A stretch of 64,000 nucleotides of DNA from Octopus sinensis (lineage: Eukaryota): assembly GCF_006345805.1 (NCBI RefSeq), contig NC_043004.1:53630001-53694000 (forward strand), read 5' to 3'. The stretch's first letter is position 1. The number at the start of each line of letters is the position of its first letter. The position numbers and the translations under genes were made by a program. Under the pieces are notes generated by a model. It saw only the letters and a list, made by a program, of their open reading frames with translations. It was not told the origin of the DNA and ran no database searches. Shown one piece after another: positions 1 to 12,985 of this stretch.

Positions 1-2570
1 GGCATGCCCAGTCCTCCATTCAACGGATGTTGACAGCAAATGGACTTCCTCACCATCGGAACGCCACCCTTCCACAGGAAGCGGAAGAGTATGCGTTCCA
101 GTTTGGTGATGGTGGCGTCGGGACAAGGTACGACGGTCAGGCGGTAATCGATGACGGATGCGATGTACGCGTTCGCCACCTCCGCCCGGCCTTTTAGAGA
201 CAGCTTTCTCTCGGCCCATGTTTGGCTGAGAGCGACCACTCTACTCGTGATCTCGTCCCAGTTCTTATCCATTTGGAGGTCCGGACTGAACCAGACCCCG
301 AGCAATTTAACCGGTCCGTCCGTCCAGCGGACCACTACTGAGCCGCAGTCGGACGGCATGGGCTTGCTTCTCCAGGTGCCGAGTAGCAAACCCACTGACT
401 TTTCCGGGTTAATCTTTGCTCCCGTCACCGTTTCGTATTTTCTTAGTGTCTCGCCTATCATCTTGATGTGTTTGTCGCTCGACACTATGACGGTGACATC
501 GTCCGCATATGCCGACACGCTCGTCCCGCAACCCAGTTCCCGTGGGATGCTCCTCAGTGTCGCCAGCTTCCGCAGTAGCGGCTCGAGAGTCAATACATAC
601 AGAAGCGCCGACAGGGGACACCCCTGACGGACCGAACGCGTGATGTCAAACGGTTTCGACAGGTGACCGTTCACCCGAATCACCGATCGGATGCCGCTAT
701 ACAAGGCAGCGATCCAACCGCGGAAGACGGGACCGAAGCCAGCCGCCCTGGGGACGGCCGCCAAGTACCGATGGTTGACCCTATCGAAGGCTTTAGACTG
801 ATCCAAATTTATCAGCGCCCCAACCATGCCAGGATCCTTAACTACCCTGTCCACAATGTAGCGCATCAGATGGAGGTTGTCATGTATGGTTCTGCCCGGC
901 ACGGCGCATGTTTGCGCCCTGTCGACCAGTTTACCAATGACAAGCGCCAACCTCTCGGCTATTACTTTGGCCAAAATTTTCAAATCTGCGTTGAGCAGAG
1001 TGATGGGCTTGAAATTATCTATAAAATTCCCCTTGTTTGAGTCTTTCTTCAGCAACGTCACTGCACCTCGGCTTACGAAACCGGGGATTCTCCCGTTTTG
1101 TTGCCAGTTGCAGTAGACTGATGCCAAGAGGTCGCCAAACAAGTCTGGCATTCGACAATACAGCTCGTAGGGTAAACCATCCAATCCAGGCGACTTATCC
1201 CTCGCGCAGCCCGCCATCGCATCCCACACGTCAGCGGCTGTGATGGGACTTTCACAACACTCCGCTTCTCTTGCCGAGAGCCGCGGCAGGTCGGTCAGGT
1301 AGGCACTGAAATCCATCCCGCGTTCCGACCCACCACTCGCACCAAACAGTCGAGCAAAGTGCTGTTGAAAGGCCTCACACATCCTTTCGGGTTCGAGTAA
1401 ACTGCATCCCTGTTGATCTATTAGAGACCGAATGGTGGATCTGTTGCCACGCTGCACCTCCGCTACCCGGGCCTCTCGCGCAGCTTCAATCCCTTCGTTC
1501 CTTAAGGCACGCATTTTAGCTCTGACGACGCAACCTTCGTGCTTGGCGTTGAGGTGTTGGTCGAGGGCCATCCTCGCAGCCAGCACGTTGGTTGCGCTGC
1601 CAGTGGTAAGTGCCTCTTCTAGTTTCTCAACCAAGTCTCCCTCTACTCTATTTCGTTCTATCGCTAATTCCTTGCTAAACCTAACTGATTCCGATTTTAT
1701 TGCCATTTTCAGGGCGTACCACCAGCGGTTGTTAACGACCGCTCCCGTCAGCGCCCTCTTAATTAACTCGCTAATCCGGTTCCTGTAAACCTGTCGCGCT
1801 AACAGCGACGTGTTCAGTTTCCAGTAACCGGGACCCTGCCTATGTGTTTTATCCAAGTCGAGCGTACACGTAACAAATTTGTGATCTGTGTAGCTGACTA
1901 TTTTAAATTGTGGACATCCTACACTATCCCTATCCGCTGTCCTGCATAGAATTCTATCTAGATAAGATCTCGACGATCCGACGCGGTTTGTCCAAGCCCA
2001 CGTTGGCACGTTCGGATGGTCGAGTCGGAACCTGTCAGACAAATGGAAACGTCTGAGCAGGTCTTTGGGGCTCTTACACCCCCTTCTATTCCTATCCCTT
2101 CCCACATAATCTAGATGCGTGTCCAAGGTAGCGTTCCAATCCCCTACTAACAGTAAAGGTCTAGACGTACCCAGGAAAACCTCTAGACGTCTGAAGAAAT
2201 CCGCCCGACCCGTTAAGGACGGTGCATAAACTGCCATCAGACGGAATGCACACCCATTTCTGCCATCCACGTCCAAGACAACCAGCCTACCCTCCGAGTT
2301 TAGGAATATTGCTCTTACTTTTACCTTTAGACTCTTTCGAAAAAGCACCGCAGTACCTCCACCACCCATGTTCGGCAGACAGGGAGAAAAATAAATGTCA
2401 AATTGATTGCCAAACATGGACTCGAGGGCCCGCGGCTTACTGAGTCTGGTTTCACTGATAGCTACTATATCCACGTCCAGTGACTTGATGTCGTTTAGAA
2501 GGTAACCTTGCTTCCAAGCCGACGCCAAGCCACGCGCATTCACACAACCTAATTTAAGCATACTTGACAT
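1..2570 (-). CDS. ORF2: apurinic-like endonuclease plus reverse transcriptase (partial, open at the window edge)
   Basis: Manual translation from ATG at 2570: MSSMLKLGCVNARGL..DIVAISETRL, GDWNATLD, RSYLDRI, YTDHKFV, PGYWKLNTSLL, KSPGLDGLPYELY, FKPITLLNADLKILAK, LDQSKAFDRV, VRQGCPLS, AYADDVTV, LLGVWF, GGLGM. No stop found in 856 codons. Confidence 0.92.
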   Translation of the reverse strand, partial: MSSMLKLGCVNARGLASAWKQGYLLNDIKSLDVDIVAISETRLSKPRALESMFGNQFDIYFSPCLPNMGGGGTAVLFRKSLKVKVRAIFLNSEGRLVVLDVDGRNGCAFRLMAVYAPSLTGRADFFRRLEVFLGTSRPLLLVGDWNATLDTHLDYVGRDRNRRGCKSPKDLLRRFHLSDRFRLDHPNVPTWAWTNRVGSSRSYLDRILCRTADRDSVGCPQFKIVSYTDHKFVTCTLDLDKTHRQGPGYWKLNTSLLARQVYRNRISELIKRALTGAVVNNRWWYALKMAIKSESVRFSKELAIERNRVEGDLVEKLEEALTTGSATNVLAARMALDQHLNAKHEGCVVRAKMRALRNEGIEAAREARVAEVQRGNRSTIRSLIDQQGCSLLEPERMCEAFQQHFARLFGASGGSERGMDFSAYLTDLPRLSAREAECCESPITAADVWDAMAGCARDKSPGLDGLPYELYCRMPDLFGDLLASVYCNWQQNGRIPGFVSRGAVTLLKKDSNKGNFIDNFKPITLLNADLKILAKVIAERLALVIGKLVDRAQTCAVPGRTIHDNLHLMRYIVDRVVKDPGMVGALINLDQSKAFDRVNHRYLAAVPRAAGFGPVFRGWIAALYSGIRSVIRVNGHLSKPFDITRSVRQGCPLSALLYVLTLEPLLRKLATLRSIPRELGCGTSVSAYADDVTVIVSSDKHIKMIGETLRKYETVTGAKINPEKSVGLLLGTWRSKPMPSDCGSVVVRWTDGPVKLLGVWFSPDLQMDKNWDEITSRVVALSQTWAERKLSLKGRAEVANAYIASVIDYRLTVVPCPDATITKLERILFRFLWKGGVPMVRKSICCQHPLNGGLGM

Positions 2571-2627
2571 TTACGAAAATTGTGTTTTACACACTACATT
2601 AGGAGAGACAAGAGGCAACAGGGGAGG

Positions 2628-4496
2628 TCACTTACTCATTTTAAAAGTTTCATTTTTTTCTTCTTCTTTTGTATTGTTTTTGATGAGGTGTTTGTATAGT
2701 TTTTTCGAGAGGTATCGTTGATACCCGCCTACCGCATTCGGAAATATTGTTTTCAGTATGTGGTGTTGTGCTTGTGTTATGTGTAAAATTCTGATGTGTT
2801 TCGGTGGTGTGGTGTGCGGATGATTGTTTGTCTTAAAGTCATCTTCACAGATGACCATGTTAGATTTGATGTAGTCCATTAATTCTTTATTGTCTGTGTC
2901 TATTGCAGTTAGTTGTGTGTGTGGTTTTACGGGTTCATTACTTTTTTGATTGTCTAGGGGGATGTTGTCCTGAGTTAGATATCTCCCTGCTTTACTTCCT
3001 TGTTTGGTGGATTTTTTGGATCTTTTTCTTTTACCCCCTGTGGCTATTTGCCATTCCGTCGAACTTTCGTCGTCCGACGTATCAGTATGGGGTAGAGGCA
3101 AAACATTTGCATTACTATGTATGCTTGTATAAATTGTTGATGTTTTGTGCGGTGTTTGTGTTGTTGTGGTGTTAGTGGTAGCATTTGTCTACTCGTCACT
3201 GTTTTCTGTCTTTTTAATTGTCGTCCTGGGTGTGGGTGTGGGTCTATTTTTTGTTAATTCAACAGGTTTAATTGGTTGTGAAATCAACGGTGATTGTGTT
3301 GGTACTGTTTCTTTTCTTGGTGATGTTGTTGCGGTTTGTTCGTTGGTTTGTTGTTTTTCTTGGCATTGTTCTATAATTGAGTGTGTTGGTGTTGGTGTTG
3401 GCAACAAAGGGATTTTATTTGTTTTCTGATTTGTTCTTTCTTGTTTTTTCTGTACCAGATCGCACTTGGCAATCAAATGTTCGGGGCTGCCACATTTGTA
3501 GCATCTAGGCTTTTTGCCTTCTGCCACAACATATAGGCATTGCCCATTCTCCAAGTGGATCTTATCCGGTAGGCTCTCGATAGAGGCCCCCTCAATCTGG
3601 ATGGTGACCACTATTGTTTTCCCACCCCAAATATCGCCAGGGTACACGGCGGTCTCTAAAATATTAATATTTTTTAAATGGTAACAGATTGCCCCTGTTA
3701 TCCATTTGTTAGGAAGCTCGGGAGGTACATTTTTAATTGTGATTCGACTCACTCTCTGGTTTTTGTAGTATGGGACCATGATGATTTCATCATTTCCCAG
3801 AGACTCAGTAGAGTGAGCTTTTGCCACTTCCTGGTTAGGGAAGCGGACCACTACTGTGTTAAACTGGGGACCCCAGTTTATATACTCTTTTTCTTTCATT
3901 ATGTTTTTTAAACATTTTTCCACATCAGTTTTTGTAATCTGTTCATTTAGTTTTTTGTTTTTTCTAATAATTTTATATACAATTGTCTTATTTTCTATTT
4001 CTTGCTTTATATGTTGAGGTGTATGCAGCACTAAATCTTGTCCACGGGTTGTAAAGAGAGCTCTAGTTTCTATGAGCTCTTCATTTGTGAATGTTACTAT
4101 TTCTTTCTTCTGGCGAAGAGTGTCCGCGAAATTTACTGTTGTTGATTTTTTTGTATTAACATCTTCACTATTAGATAGTTCATTTTTATTGTTGTTCTTG
4201 TTGTTGCTGTTGTTTTTGTCAATAGTTTTCGTGCGAGTTTTATTTTTATCATTTATGTTGGTCGTGGTAGTGGTGGTGGTAGTAGCAGTAGTAGTCTCGT
4301 GGTTGCTGTTGTTAGTGGTGGTGGTAGCGGTGGTGACAGGGCTGTTACCGCACGTGGTTGCAGGGCTCGTTTTACCGATATTCATATTTGCATTTTCCGT
4401 GCGTACGTTCTTTTTTTTCTCTATCGTTTCCAGACTAGGAAAATCTTGTTCCATAAAAGAACGCGACCAGCGTTCTACAATAAAATTTCTAGACAT
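2628..4496 (-). CDS. ORF1 gag-like nucleic-acid-binding protein, interrupted by one in-frame TAG at 3189-3191
   Basis: Track ORFs 3189..4496 and 2628..3101 are in the same frame (span 1869 nt = 623 codons) and the intervening codons are open. Zinc knuckle CYKCGSPEHLIAKC; T/N-rich low-complexity N-terminus. Confidence 0.85.
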
Positions 4497-4692
4497 TTTC
4501 TAATGTCGAGAAGAAAATTACAGAAATGAAATGGGGTTGAAACTGCCCCTAGGGGCGAATTCCTCCCTTGGAAAAGCACTCAAACGAAAGTTGGGTGCCT
4601 TACACAACTTATTTACAAAAATTTACACAAAAATCGGGCTATAAATAGTCAAAATAAATGATTACCTTCGGAGTCGAAGTGACAGCACGTCC

Positions 4693-4702
4693 ATAGACAG
4701 AG

Positions 4703-4791
<89 letters not shown>

Positions 4792-4850
4792 TAGATAGAT
4801 AGATAGTAAGCATTTACACAAAGTTACATGCCCACACACTTTTAAAAAGG

Positions 4851-4880
<30 letters not shown>
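4693..4880. repeat. (GATA)n followed by (GA)n microsatellite
   Basis: Directly visible tandem gatagata and gagaga tracts. Confidence 0.97.
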
Positions 4881-4888
<8 letters not shown>

Positions 4889-6391
4889 ACAAAACAGAAA
4901 GGAAATGAAAGTAAACGTGGAAAAGGGGGTAAACATTGCAATCCTTGCTGTTAGTGGATCTCTAGAAAACTGACGTGAGACCTACTTTAGAATACTTTTC
5001 CGATATTTGAGGTAGCGATAGTCACACTTCAGGCGCATCAATGCTGTGATTATTTCCGAAACAAGTGCATTGAACTAAGTGGTATAGGTTAACTATCCAA
5101 TACTAGTTAATGGTGCGCACACTCTACTACGATAACATGTACCTTGAAATGCCTCCAAATCTACACCATTATTTTTTAGTTGATTACTTGTCATGCTGAC
5201 AATCTAATTATTACACTATTTATTTTCATATAATACTTCCTAATTTGAATCCAGCTCTCGTCTATTCTCACTAACAACATTTTGCGTGAAGTTGACGAGA
5301 GGACGTAACCGTATTCTTGGATACATACTATTCTGGAAACAAGGCAGGGTGATCTGGAATACCGTTGTTCTTATATCTGTTCTGTCAGATTTGAAATTTA
5401 ACCACCACAAATTAACATTAGGGTAAATGAAATTCACCTTCAAGTAAACCGGTTTTACTTCTTTTAGACTGCTTCAATGTACCTGGGAAGTTACACCCTC
5501 ATTCTTCTATTTAAAATTTTTTAAAGTATCTCTTTTTGCATGGTTGCTGCGTGATGATTCACAATACAGGAATATCAGGTTTTATAGCATATATTATTTT
5601 AAGAAACTGTCGACACTCGCCCTCCATAATTTTCGTTGTAAATATATCGGTCATAATGCATGGGGTGCATACAGAACTGCAAGAATCCAAGCAATAACTG
5701 GATGATATCGACTCCATTACTTGACGAGTGATTTATTTTATTGACTAGGAAATGATGAAAGGCAAGTTTGGAGTACATATTATAATCAATAAATAGGTTT
5801 TTGTTTCGATCCCCGATGCTCAGCGTAAAACCTAATGTTTGATTATCTGTTTGGCAAACATCAGCATAAGTCATCAAGGAATTTGTATGCGATTCCCCAA
5901 AGCTCCCGCTTTTGTAAGATTCATCCGCCCATTGAGGAAGCTTTGACTAAAGAGGTAATCTGCAATGTCGCAAATTTTCCGTCTCCTTGCACCCATGAAT
6001 CGTATGTGCTAAACTATATTCACATTCGCATCTACCAGAACCTGTTTAGAATGAGTAGACGCAATATTGTTCTTAACTAATGAGAATCCTTCAATATATT
6101 TTAGTGTGTGTACCCTCATTCGCTCGGACGGTAGCTTAATGAGAAAAACAAATTATTATTTCTTATGCTCCCGAGGAAAGTGGTGTATTTCAAATTGATG
6201 TGATGCTTGCATTGGTCGATTAAATGAAGCCACGTGAAACAGCCGTAACGCACTAATACCTGAACATTCTTGTTACTTATTTGCATTTTATTCACCTTAC
6301 TTCGAGCTGTTTGGTTAATGCGGATTGACTTAGTTCGTCAACTTAAGCACCTAATTCAACTGAATGTGTGTGTATATATATATATATATAG

Positions 6392-6424
<33 letters not shown>

Positions 6425-6908
6425 ATATATATATTTATATGTATGCATGCATGTATGTATGTATGTATGTATATCTGCATGAATCCGTATATCTGTCTAT
6501 CTATGTATGTACCTTTGTAGGTCTTGTGTACACGACATTGAGCTCGCACACCATCATAAATGGTAGGTTGGATTCCTCGACGTAGCGGCGCGTTATGTCT
6601 TTCGTACAGGCAGATTACTTCACATTGCTCCGGACTGCTCAACTGAAAAATGAGTAACAGTCGAGTAGATGTGCAGCCCCTCTCCTCTCTCTCTCTCTCT
6701 TTACTCCAGCTGTAATGTCTTTGATATATAACTAACTGAAGCGGGAGGGCTGGAAAGCTAAGTTTGCTTTTGAGTACATAAGCACCGAAAACAATTAGTA
6801 AAAGCATAGTACAATCTACCAGATCATACTAGTTTGTACTGTATAGGTAAGCTTTCATATGTATGTAAGTATATATACGTACAAACAAACACACACACAC
6901 ACATACAC

Positions 6909-6943
<35 letters not shown>

Positions 6944-7639
6944 CACACAACACACACACACACACACATACACACACACACACATAAGTGTGATAGCAGT
7001 ACTGTTTGAGTTTGCGTACGGCAATGCGTGTATTGAATAGTTTTTGTGTCTCCATAAGAATATACTCCTTTACATAGAAGTATATTTTGACACACACATA
7101 CCGTAAAACATTTCTGTGTATTCTATAAGCATATGTGGTGCATATATGAATGTATATGTTTTTCAAAGATATCTGTTTGAATGTGGAAAAAATATCATTA
7201 TGCATCAATTGAGCCGTAAACAAGTTGATTCTTCGAGTTTTCTCATTGATATTTCAGTATTTTTTCTGCCATCATTTTTATACTCGAACGAGTTATATTT
7301 CCGACATGTTTTGTCTTCTTTCTCTCCTTGTTTAATTCTCATTCTTCTATAAGTGATACGTTTTGTTTCCCTTCTCTCTCTTCATATGTGTAGATAGTGA
7401 CAATGTATGTGTAACGGTTACTTTGAAGAACACACAAAAAAAAAAAAAATAATGAAATTCTAAAACAATTAGCTGGCGAAAGTGAATGAATGTGAGAGGC
7501 AACTAACGAGATACAGTGAAAACCGAATGTTTGTGTGTGAATGTAACGGAAGCTTGTCTTTGAATAGGTTTGTTTTTTATTGTCTTTCTTTTCTACTACC
7601 ATTCCCCACAATTGTAAAATTTTGTTCGCTCATGTGTCC

Positions 7640-7642
7640 CTT

Positions 7643-7675
<33 letters not shown>

Positions 7676-8285
7676 CGTTGAGTGTGTGTGTCTGTGTAAT
7701 ACATATACATATGTAAATATGTGCTTTTGTGTATATATATATATATATATGTGTGTGTGTATGCGTGTATATATTAAATATATTTATATATATATGCATA
7801 TAACACACACACACACACACGTTGAGTGTGTGTGTCTGTGTAATACATATACATATGTAAATATGTGCTTTTGTGTATATATATATATATGTGTGTGTGT
7901 GTGTATGCGTGTATATATTAAATATATTTATATATATATGCATATAACACACACACACACACGTTGAGTGTGTGTGTCTGTGTAATATATATACATATGT
8001 AAATATGTGCTTTTGTGTATATATATATGTGTGTATGCGTGTATATATTAAATATATTTATATATATATATATGCATATAACACATACACACACACATAT
8101 ATATATATATATATATGTATACAAATGTATGCTTCAAAGTGTCCGTCGGTTGCCTGTTTGCGTGAGTGTGCTTATGTATGTATGCATATTTATACTGAGA
8201 CAGAAAAAGTGAGTAAAGAAAGACTGTGAGAGAGAGGAAGCGATGTGCATATATATGTGTGTGTGTGTGTGTATGTATATATATT

Positions 8286-8334
<49 letters not shown>

Positions 8335-8816
8335 TATATATGATATATATATATATGATATTTGTATAGAAACTTATATGAATGTTTGTGTATATATATA
8401 TATATATATATGTATTTGTATACAATATATATATGTGTGTGTGTGTGTGTGTATGCGTGTATATATTAAATATATTATATATATATATGCATATAACACA
8501 CACACACACACGTTGAGTGTGTGTGTCTGTGTAATATATATACATATGTAAATATGTGCTTTTGTGTATATATATATGTGTGTATGCGTGTATATATTAA
8601 ATATATTTATATATATATATATGCATATAACACATACACACACACATATATATATATATATATGTATACAAATGTATGCTTCAAAGTGTCCGTCGGTTGC
8701 CTGTTTGCGTGAGTGTGCTTATGTATGTATGCATATTTATACTGAGACAGAAAAAGTGAGTAAAGAAAGACTGTGAGAGAGAGGAAGCGATGTGCATATA
8801 TATGTGTGTGTGTGTG

Positions 8817-8892
<76 letters not shown>

Positions 8893-9010
8893 TATGATAT
8901 ATATATATGATATTTGTATAGAAACTTATATGAATGTTTGTGTATATATATATATATATATGTATTTGTATACAAATATATATATGTGTGTGTGTATATG
9001 TGCGAGTGTG
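7640..9010. repeat. Nested tandem duplication of compound microsatellite sequence (about 145-bp unit repeated; about 549-bp higher-order unit twice)
   Basis: Unit 'cacgttgagtgtgtgtgtctgtgtaata...gcatataacac' recurs at about 7675, 7820, 7960 and 8510. The block 'caaatgtatgcttcaaagtgtccgtcgg...' recurs at about 8121 and 8669. Track ORF starts are offset by 549 (8015/8564). Confidence 0.9.
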
Positions 9011-9294
9011 TGTATGTGTGTGTGTGCATGTGTGTGTGTCTGTGTGTGTGTGTGTGAGTACGGACACACATATCTTCTACTCTTCTAACTGTATTACATG
9101 GCCCAACAAGTGTTCACCAGCCGTCACACATTTACTTGTAGCAGACAAAAGAAAAATCGACGTTCTGCTTCGTAATTTTTTCTCTTTCAGTACCATCTTC
9201 CTTTCTCTTCCAATGTATTTTTCTTTATTTATTTATTTTATAATCTCTCACTTTCCTTCCCCTTCACTTTCTTTCTTCATCTCGTTTTCTCTAA

Positions 9295-9325
<31 letters not shown>

Positions 9326-9329
9326 TCTG

Positions 9330-9362
<33 letters not shown>

Positions 9363-9491
9363 CTATCTCTGACACTCTTTATCTGTATCTCACATTTTGT
9401 CTGCATCTAGCTTTGCGCTAAAAGTTAGTGCCGTTTAATTAATAGAAGCAATGAAGCGATAAGAATAACGAGAATACTATCACCACTGCCG

Positions 9492-9528
<37 letters not shown>

Positions 9529-10109
9529 TACTACTACTACTACGATAGAATGGGGAAGCTTCTGCGTGGTCCTGAATTTGCAAGAAATAGAAGGCAAAAT
9601 GCCTCTGCTTTAGTTTCCTGTGTCGAATAAAAGAAGAGTGCCAAGGATAAAACGTATTTCTTCATGAGTCTCTTCAAACAGAGTGCTAAATAATTGCAAG
9701 CAAAGCAACAGCTATTGACGATTGCTCTGATTTAGGCACAGGGCTGTAGATTAGTCAAAGCTATCGATCCCAGTATTTAATTGATACTTTATTTGATCGA
9801 CTCCATATGAAAAGCAATGTTGAACCGCAGCGGGATTGGAACTGAGATAAACATGCCGAACCAAATACCTATTTCTTTATTACCCACAAGGGGCTAAACA
9901 CAGAGAGGACAAACACAGAGATGCCGAACCAAATACCATCGATGTATTTTTTCCAACGCTCTAACGATGTGGGCAATTCTACACCCTTTCATTCGTGACC
10001 ACAACATATTGGGCCTAAAATGAAAAATGAGAAGGAGAGTTTACAAAACATGTGGGTATGTTTACATACATATAATAAGCAAAGATAGAAAGTTGTAGCA
10101 GTAGATATT

Positions 10110-10325
10110 GCTTTCAAAATTTGGCACAAGGCCAGCCATTCCGAGCGGGGTGTAAGTCGATATAGCATCGATCACAGTACTCAGCTGGTTCTCATTTTAT
10201 CGACCCCGAAAGGATGACTGGCAGAAAGTCGACCTCGGCGGAAATCGAACTCAAAACGTAAAGATGAGCGAAATACCGCTGAACATTTTGCCCGTCATGT
10301 TAATGATTCTGCCAGCTCAACATCC
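10110..10325 (-). mobile_element. tRNA-derived SINE, family E (core gtcgactttgcctttcatcctttcggggtcgataaa)
   Basis: Reverse complement of the core seen at 31800-31860; head 'gagctggcagaatc' at the right end. A more decayed copy lies at about 9720-9920. Confidence 0.75.
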
Positions 10326-10759
10326 TGTAGCAATGTATATTAAGATGGGTTAAACATTGGTTACACGCACATAAAAAAAAAAGAGGCAAAATATTCAATT
10401 CACATACATAGAAGACGTTGCCACATTTTCTAAGATTAGCTAATCCCAGAAATCTAATGACTTGGTTCATCAGCTCCTCTAGTTAGAGTTTTCTCTAATT
10501 TTGCATGTCTCTTGCCTTTTTCGGCCGCTGAAATTGTAATTATTGTTTGGCGAATGCATGCAAGTATCTTCTGAAAGAGGTTCGCCCTATTTCAATCACG
10601 GAACGGGCAGAAAGCCCGTTTCGAAAACTTTCTCGGACATATTTTTCAATCTATCCATTTTCACAACATTGCCAACACTTGTCTAAATAGAGGAATAGGT
10701 GTAGGATAGAATGTATCTGCTTTCTCGTGTTCAATCGACCCGAGGCATTGTAGTCAACC

Positions 10760-12740
10760 AAGCGTATCGGTTGCCACTCCCGTTGACTTTTTCAAAAAAC
10801 CCACAGACAATAACATCACTACCAACATCAACACCACCGCTACCATCACCATCATCATCAACAACATCGTCGTCAGCAGCCAAAACAAGACCACTAACAC
10901 TAGCATGACTCGCGACAGCTCCAACAACAATAACGACATCAGCAATGACAACAACAACTACAATAATAGTAGTAACGAAACCAGCTGCAATAGCAACAAC
11001 AAAAACAACAATAATATAACTATCAGCAGCAGTAACGGCATCGACCAAAACGCTACGGCAGGATCAGCAGTTGTGCTATTTACGAAGACAGTGACGAGAA
11101 TACACATCTATCGGAAAAAATTTCCTTCCCAAATATAATAAATACATGGATCTCTCATTCCTTACAAGGGAAAGCGGAGGCACTTAAAAAGTATCAGGAA
11201 GTTATCATTCGACCCAGCGTCATGCCTTTCCCAGAGAGGGAAAGGATTCCCACCAAAAAAGTCGAGAGAGGTGTCTCACGCTGCTCCAATATTCCCAACG
11301 CTAAATCCATCGCAATCCTAAAGAGGAAAGCAGCGTCAACCAGAACGTCAAACAATGAAACAGAGAGAATACGGCCATAAGGAATCCTACCGACTCCTTG
11401 GATATAGAAGAGTCCCCGAACGAGACAAAACCACCCGAGTGGGAAAAGGGGACGAGAAAATAAAGACGTAACTGCTAAATCTCAAGTTTGTGGGCACGAA
11501 TCTGAGTAGCTTCGCGGCAGCCAATCTCGAAAACGCTGCAACCAATCTCGAAACAAATGCTGCAAGCCAACAACATCAGCAGCAGCTGCTGCAGAAACTA
11601 CAACAACAGCAACAATAACAACAACAACTACGACGACAACAACAAGAGATAACTCAACTGCAACAACATGAAGGAACGAAATAGAATTCTCAGCAACAGC
11701 GAGTGACACAACATGACCTGCAACAGTGGAAGCCGAAACAAAAAGAACCAAAACGACAGCAAACACCTCAACCTGAAGTGACGGAACTTGCTGTAAAACA
11801 TCGGACGAGCCTCTGAGTAACACAGGTCTACGGAAGGACAACAGGCAATTGATGGAATATGTAGACACAAGCAAAGACGAGGCGAGGGCCTTGATGTTCT
11901 AACCATTGCCAAAACCCCAGAAGGGAGGGTTCTGATTACAACAACTCCCACTAGGTATCGCTTCCTGAGGAAACGTTTCCCACGTAATGTAGGTGGGGGG
12001 GGGTTTGAAAACCTGTTGGTAAGAGGATATTTGGAAGGCCCGTTTAAATGTCCCGAAAAAGGATCAACCCAAATCAAGGTAAGTGATTGACTTATCTTTT
12101 GTTCCCATTTCTCCTCCTGGAATGGCAATTCTAAGGATAGGTTGTATAAATGCTCGTGCTCTGAGGGCAGCGTAGAAACAGGGTCATCTGCTCAATGACC
12201 TCAGATCACTATGTCTGACGCAGTAACCATTAGGGAAACTAACATTTCCGAAACGCAATCGCTTGCTCTTCTTCTGGAAGAGCTTTCAGACTAGTGGCAG
12301 TCACTGCCCAACAGTAGCTGGACGGCCAGATTTCTTTACACATCTAGAGACTTTCCTTGGGACATCTCGTTCACTAGTGTTAGTGGGCGACTGGAATGGA
12401 ATCTTAGACGCAAGCAATGGTTATGTAGGTGCAGCGGATAAGATAGTGGGGTGCAAAAGATTCGCTAACTTTCTCAGGCATTTTCAACTGTACGATGAGC
12501 TTCGCCTCAATCGCCCGAATACACCAGTATGGCCTTAATCAAATCGCAGTGGGTCATCCAGGTCATAGTTAGATACAGTTTTTATAAGTTAGCAGATAAG
12601 CATAGTATAAGTTGTCCACATTTTCAGATCGTTGTTATTCAGGCCACAATTTCGGGCTCTTTACAGTCGAGTTAGGAAAACTATTCAGATTAGTACCTGG
12701 TTATTGGAAGATGAACGCGTCATTCCCGGCGCTGAATCAT
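10760..12740 (+). mobile_element. Degenerate Tx1-like LINE (ORF1-like remnant plus endonuclease part of ORF2)
   Basis: From about 12123: MAILRIGCINARALRAA*KQGHLLNDLRSL, then GRPDFFTHLETFLGTSRSLVLVGDWNGILDA and PGYWKMNAS. Collinear with ORF2 at 2570-1810 but with stops and frameshifts. The left boundary is uncertain. Confidence 0.8.
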
Positions 12741-12849
12741 TTTAGCGACCTGACTATTAGACTACTTTTTGTTGTAACTTTTCCCCAGAAGCTAACTATA
12801 ATGATTTCAAATTTGGTACAATACCGGCAATTTCAGGGCAGATGGTATG

Positions 12850-12985
12850 TCGATTAGATCTAACTCAATATTCAACTGGTACTTGTTTTATCAATCTCGG
12901 AAAAATGAAAGGCAAAGTCGACCTCGCTGGAATTTGAACTCAGAATTTTGCCCGGCATGCTAAAGGTTCTGCCAGTTCGCCTAAT
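12850..12985 (-). mobile_element. SINE family E, partial
   Basis: 'atgaaaggcaaagtcgacctcgctggaatttgaactcagaattttgcccggcatgctaaaggttctgccagttcgcc'. Confidence 0.7.

Larger units (their letters stand above)
1..4692 (-). mobile_element. L1/Tx1-clade non-LTR retrotransposon, near full length; 3' part runs off the left edge
   Basis: About 200-bp 5' UTR, ORF1 with CX2CX4HX4C, 57-nt spacer, then ORF2 with APE and RT motifs. The 5' end abuts (GATA)n at about 4693. Confidence 0.93.

Noticed and set aside
151-2443. Plus-strand ORFs of 60-158 aa over the LINE
   Set aside because: They are antisense shadows of the GC-richer ORF2 and have no recognisable domains.
3189-3191. Programmed stop-codon readthrough in ORF1
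   Set aside because: The context GAG TAG ACA lacks known readthrough signals such as CARYYA. A point mutation or base-call error is simpler.
5240-6720. Possible minus-strand promoter, first exon and short ORFs
   Set aside because: TATA-like and donor-like motifs are expected by chance, and the peptides are unrecognised.
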